Source: Abditibacterium sp. (GTDB lineage Bacteria > Armatimonadota > Abditibacteriia > Abditibacteriales > Abditibacteriaceae). Taken from it: a stretch of DNA of 64,000 bases. The number at the start of each line of letters is the position of its first letter. The stretch's first letter is position 1. This document shows, one piece after another, positions 61,170 through 64,000 of the stretch. Location of the stretch: positions 256,001-320,000 of the forward strand of contig CBDASK010000003.1 of assembly GCA_965199495.1 (NCBI GenBank), read 5' to 3'. The translations under genes were made by a program, and so were the position numbers. The notes under the pieces are model-generated. The model searched no databases. It was not told the DNA's origin and saw only the letters and a program-made list of their open reading frames with translations.

Positions 61170-61832
61170 TTATCGCTCGCGGTAACTCGCGCCCAACTCG
61201 CGAATCGCGTTTTGCCAACGCCGCCCGATCTCTTCCAACACTTCGCGGCTGGCGCGTTGCGCATACAAATCGTTCAACTCCAACGGTTTGCCGATGCGAA
61301 TTTCGGTGCGCACGAGTTTAAATTTCGGGTTCATCGGCGAAAGCGCGCGGTTGGTGCCACCCAGAAATATCGGCACAATCGCGGCTTTGGCGCCGTGCGC
61401 CATCATCGCCACGCCGATTTCGGGCGCTTGCAGTTGGCCATCGCGCGAGCGTGTGCCTTCGGGGAAAATAATGATCGCCTCGCCCTCTTTGAGCAACCTG
61501 CGCGCGGTGCGCATCGCGCGGCGGTCGGCCTCGCCGCGATGAACGGGAAAGGTGCCCATCTGCTCGATGACCCAGCCGAAGGCGCCTTTGAACAGTTCGG
61601 CTTTGGCCATCGTGTAGGGCCAGCGCCCGCACGAAACGCCGACGATGGGCGGATCTAAATCGGAAACGTGATTGGGCGCCAAAATCACCGGGCCGCTCTG
61701 CGGAACATTGCGCCGACCGTAAACGCGCGAACGGCCCAAACGCAGATAGCCTTTATAGAGCGCGGTCATAATCGCGAAGACAACGGTATGGCGTGGCACG
61801 AAATCGGGAGCAAAGGCTTTGTTGGGTTTCAT
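61170..61832 (-). CDS. plsC: 1-acyl-sn-glycerol-3-phosphate acyltransferase (PlsC family)
   Basis: NHVSDLD, MAKAELF and FPEGTRS motifs. Confidence 0.88.
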   Translation of the reverse strand: MKPNKAFAPDFVPRHTVVFAIMTALYKGYLRLGRSRVYGRRNVPQSGPVILAPNHVSDLDPPIVGVSCGRWPYTMAKAELFKGAFGWVIEQMGTFPVHRGEADRRAMRTARRLLKEGEAIIIFPEGTRSRDGQLQAPEIGVAMMAHGAKAAIVPIFLGGTNRALSPMNPKFKLVRTEIRIGKPLELNDLYAQRASREVLEEIGRRWQNAIRELGASYRER

Positions 61833-61918
61833 CGAAAGGTCGGCTTCTTCGTTTACCAAATTTCGCGACGCGTGTTCGCGAATTTCTCGTTACGCGCGAA
61901 AATCGCTGAGAATTGAGT

Positions 61919-62141
61919 TAACGCTGTGTGCAAGTTCTAAAACCGCTTGGATTGTCATGGGTGCGCAGTGAGGAACGAACGAAGTCGAAGAATCCACCAA
62001 TTGCGCGTTGACTTCGCTTTGGTTTCGACTCTAAATTATGGATTCTTCGACTTCGTTCGTTCCTGCTGCCCAGAGGGCGCCCGCGCTCAGAATGACAAAG
62101 GGGGAGAGAGTGAACGTGAATAGAACTTGTACACGGAGTCA
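61919..62141. mobile_element. MITE/REP-like nested palindromic element, copy 2 (inverted relative to 49501)
   Basis: The right end, reverse-complemented, reads CCGTGTACAAGTTCTATTCACGTTCACTCTCTCCCCCTTTGTCATTCTGAGCG, nearly identical to 49505-49557. Same inner GAGGAACGAACG.AGTCGAAGAA palindrome. Confidence 0.8.
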
Positions 62142-62158
62142 CCTCCAATTTATTAACC

Positions 62159-62839
62159 ATGAGATTTCTTGATAATCAATCGCCCCAGGCGCGCGCAAAG
62201 CAACTGTTGCTGGCGTGGGGCTTGGTGCTGGCGCCGTTTTTATTGTGGGGCGGGCTGGCCGAAAATATTTGGAAGCGCGAATCGTTTCGCTTCGACAACC
62301 CGATTTTGCTGTGGCTGCACGCGCACTCTAACACCTTTCTCGACCGCCTGATGGTGGGATTGTCGCTCGTCGGCGGGTACCCGTTGCTCGTCGCATCGGT
62401 GCTGTTGTGCGTGGGTTTTTGGCTGGCGCACAAACATCGCGAGGCGCTTTTTGTCGCGCTGTGCATGGGCGGCGCGAGCGCGCTCAACGTCACCGCAAAA
62501 ATTATCTTTCATCGCACGCGGCCCGATTTGTGGGTTTCGCTGGCGCCCGAACACGATTATAGTTTTCCCAGTGGGCACGCGATGGTTTCGAGCGCATTTA
62601 TCGCCACGATTTTGGCGCTGATCTGGGCGGCGACCAGCACTACAGCCACCGGCAGGATGTGGCGCTCGATTGCGGCGCCAATTGGCGTTGTGTTCGTGCT
62701 GGCGGTGGGTTTATCGCGGCTTTATTTGGGCGTGCATTATCCGTCGGATATTTTGGCGGGTTGGCTGGCCTCGCTGGGTTGGGTCGCCATGATTCGGATC
62801 TTTCAGATTTTGCCGAAGTTTGTGAGACAAAACAAATAA
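62159..62839 (+). CDS. PAP2 family phosphatase
   Basis: KIIFHRTRP, SFPSGH and SRLYLGVHYPSD motifs. Confidence 0.92.
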   Translation: MRFLDNQSPQARAKQLLLAWGLVLAPFLLWGGLAENIWKRESFRFDNPILLWLHAHSNTFLDRLMVGLSLVGGYPLLVASVLLCVGFWLAHKHREALFVALCMGGASALNVTAKIIFHRTRPDLWVSLAPEHDYSFPSGHAMVSSAFIATILALIWAATSTTATGRMWRSIAAPIGVVFVLAVGLSRLYLGVHYPSDILAGWLASLGWVAMIRIFQILPKFVRQNK

Positions 62840-63017
62840 AGCCCACGCTTGGCCAAATTGGAGAGATATTTGGATCGGCGCGGGCTTTACTGTTTTCAAG
62901 ACGAGCAAAGAGCGTCCCATCGTTCCTTGGCGTGAGAAACTTCTTAGCCGAAAACTGCGGGATTTATCAAGAAAAAGCACAATTCGTTGGTTGAACGGGT
63001 CACACTCTAACCTAATT

Positions 63018-63683
63018 ATGAACGTTCTCATTGTCGAAGATGAACCCGGTGTCGCGCGCTTTCTCAATCAGGCGTGTCAGGAAGCCGGTTATATGGCGCG
63101 CGTTGAAACCGATGGTGCGCGCGCGTTGGATGCGGCCAAAGCGCAGAATTTCGATCTGATTTTATTGGATGTGATGCTGCCTTCGATGGACGGATTTGAA
63201 GTCTGTCGGCGCTTGCGCACGGCGGAGATAGATTCGCGCGTTTTGATGATTACCGCGCGCGACACGCTCGAAGACAAAGTCGCCGGATTGGACGCGGGCG
63301 CCGATGATTACGTTTGCAAACCGTTTCGCGTCGCCGAAATTCTGGCGCGTATGCGGGCTTTGCTGCGCCGCAAAGATTCGGGCGCGGCGATGTTGGAAGT
63401 CGGCGATTTGTTGCTCGATCCGGTCACGCGTCTGGCCACGCGCGATGGCAAACAAATTCGGCTGTCGGCCACCGAATATTCTCTGCTCGAATTTCTGATG
63501 CGACACGCCGGAAAAACCATGCCGCGCAGCGTGATTTTAGAACACGTCTGGCAATACGATTTCGCCGGTCACGACAACGTTTTGGACGTTTATATCGGCT
63601 ACCTGCGCGCCAAAATAGACAAGGGTTACGCGCCGCTCATTCACACCGCGCGCGGCGTCGGCTACCGTTTGGGCGTAGAGTAA
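63018..63683 (+). CDS. OmpR-family response regulator
   Basis: VEDE, LDVMLP, GADDY.CKPF and winged-helix HTARGVGY motifs. Confidence 0.93.
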   Translation: MNVLIVEDEPGVARFLNQACQEAGYMARVETDGARALDAAKAQNFDLILLDVMLPSMDGFEVCRRLRTAEIDSRVLMITARDTLEDKVAGLDAGADDYVCKPFRVAEILARMRALLRRKDSGAAMLEVGDLLLDPVTRLATRDGKQIRLSATEYSLLEFLMRHAGKTMPRSVILEHVWQYDFAGHDNVLDVYIGYLRAKIDKGYAPLIHTARGVGYRLGVE

Positions 63684-63693
63684 ATGTAAATGC

Positions 63694-63803
63694 TGGATAA
63701 TCGGATGCCAGATTTCGGATTTCGGATAGATCAAAGAGATTTATAAGAAGGCGATTTCTTCAAACCGTCCGAGTTCCGATTATCTGCTATCCGACATCCG
63801 AAA
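63694..63803. repeat. Inverted arrays of degenerate heptamer repeats (TCGGATT / ATCCGA)
   Basis: TCGGATG CCAGATT TCGGATT TCGGATA ... GTCCGAG TTCCGAT TATCTGC TATCCGA CATCCGA. Confidence 0.65.
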
Positions 63804-63805
63804 CC

Positions 63806-64000
63806 ATGCTTTCTGAATTGCGTTCGATGCGCGCGCGCATGACGGCTTTATTTGCATTATTTGTCGCGTTGCTGATGGCGGTGGCTGGTGGCGCGGTGCA
63901 GCGACACGAAAGTCGGCGCGCGGAAAATCGGGTCAATGAGATATTGGATGTCGCGACGGTGCGCGCGCGCGCCGAAATCGCCAGAGATATGGGGCGCGGC
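63806..64000 (+). CDS. Probable cognate sensor kinase, 5' fragment
   Basis: MLSELRSMRARMTALFALFVALLMAVAGG...; N-terminal TM segment directly after the response regulator. Confidence 0.6.
   Translation, partial: MLSELRSMRARMTALFALFVALLMAVAGGAVQRHESRRAENRVNEILDVATVRARAEIARDMGRG

Noticed and set aside
1778..62318. GTGGCTGC as a Chi or KOPS site
   Set aside because: About equal counts on both strands, interleaved throughout the window, whereas Chi and KOPS are replichore-polarised.

Overview
Moderately GC-rich bacterial chromosomal window. Gene content and style suggest an Armatimonadota/Abditibacterium-like organism (inference only). Left to right: a minus-strand catabolic cluster (TPP enzyme, Ca/H antiporter, ASRT-family protein, enolase-superfamily enzyme, FAD/Fe-S oxidase running off the left edge); murG; an eight-gene operon with two YcaO paralogues, a GT4 glycosyltransferase, a PIG-L deacetylase, an MBL-fold hydrolase, a Gfo/Idh/MocA oxidoreductase, an HD-like protein and an EboD-type sugar-phosphate cyclase, with no precursor peptide or RiPP partner proteins visible; a RelE/HTH toxin-antitoxin pair; a KhtTU-like antiporter; a GalU-like plus glucuronokinase-like pair; leuA and ilvC split by a toxin-antitoxin islet in which a diverged duplicate of the ilvC 3' end flanks hicBA; a 1780-aa Ser/Thr kinase-AAA-GAF-His kinase; ftsZ, rpiB, tRNA-His, thiD, a glycine-zipper/acidic protein operon, pyk, plsC and a two-component pair. 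The best candidate for an undescribed system is the twin-YcaO cyclitol-glycoside operon. Two other notable signals are a palindromic element inserted in frame in one of its genes and a roughly tenfold over-represented, strand-symmetric octamer (GTGGCTGC). Several distinct REP/MITE-like palindrome families are also present. No CRISPR array, integrase or transposase was seen. All family calls come from motif recognition by eye, not database searches.
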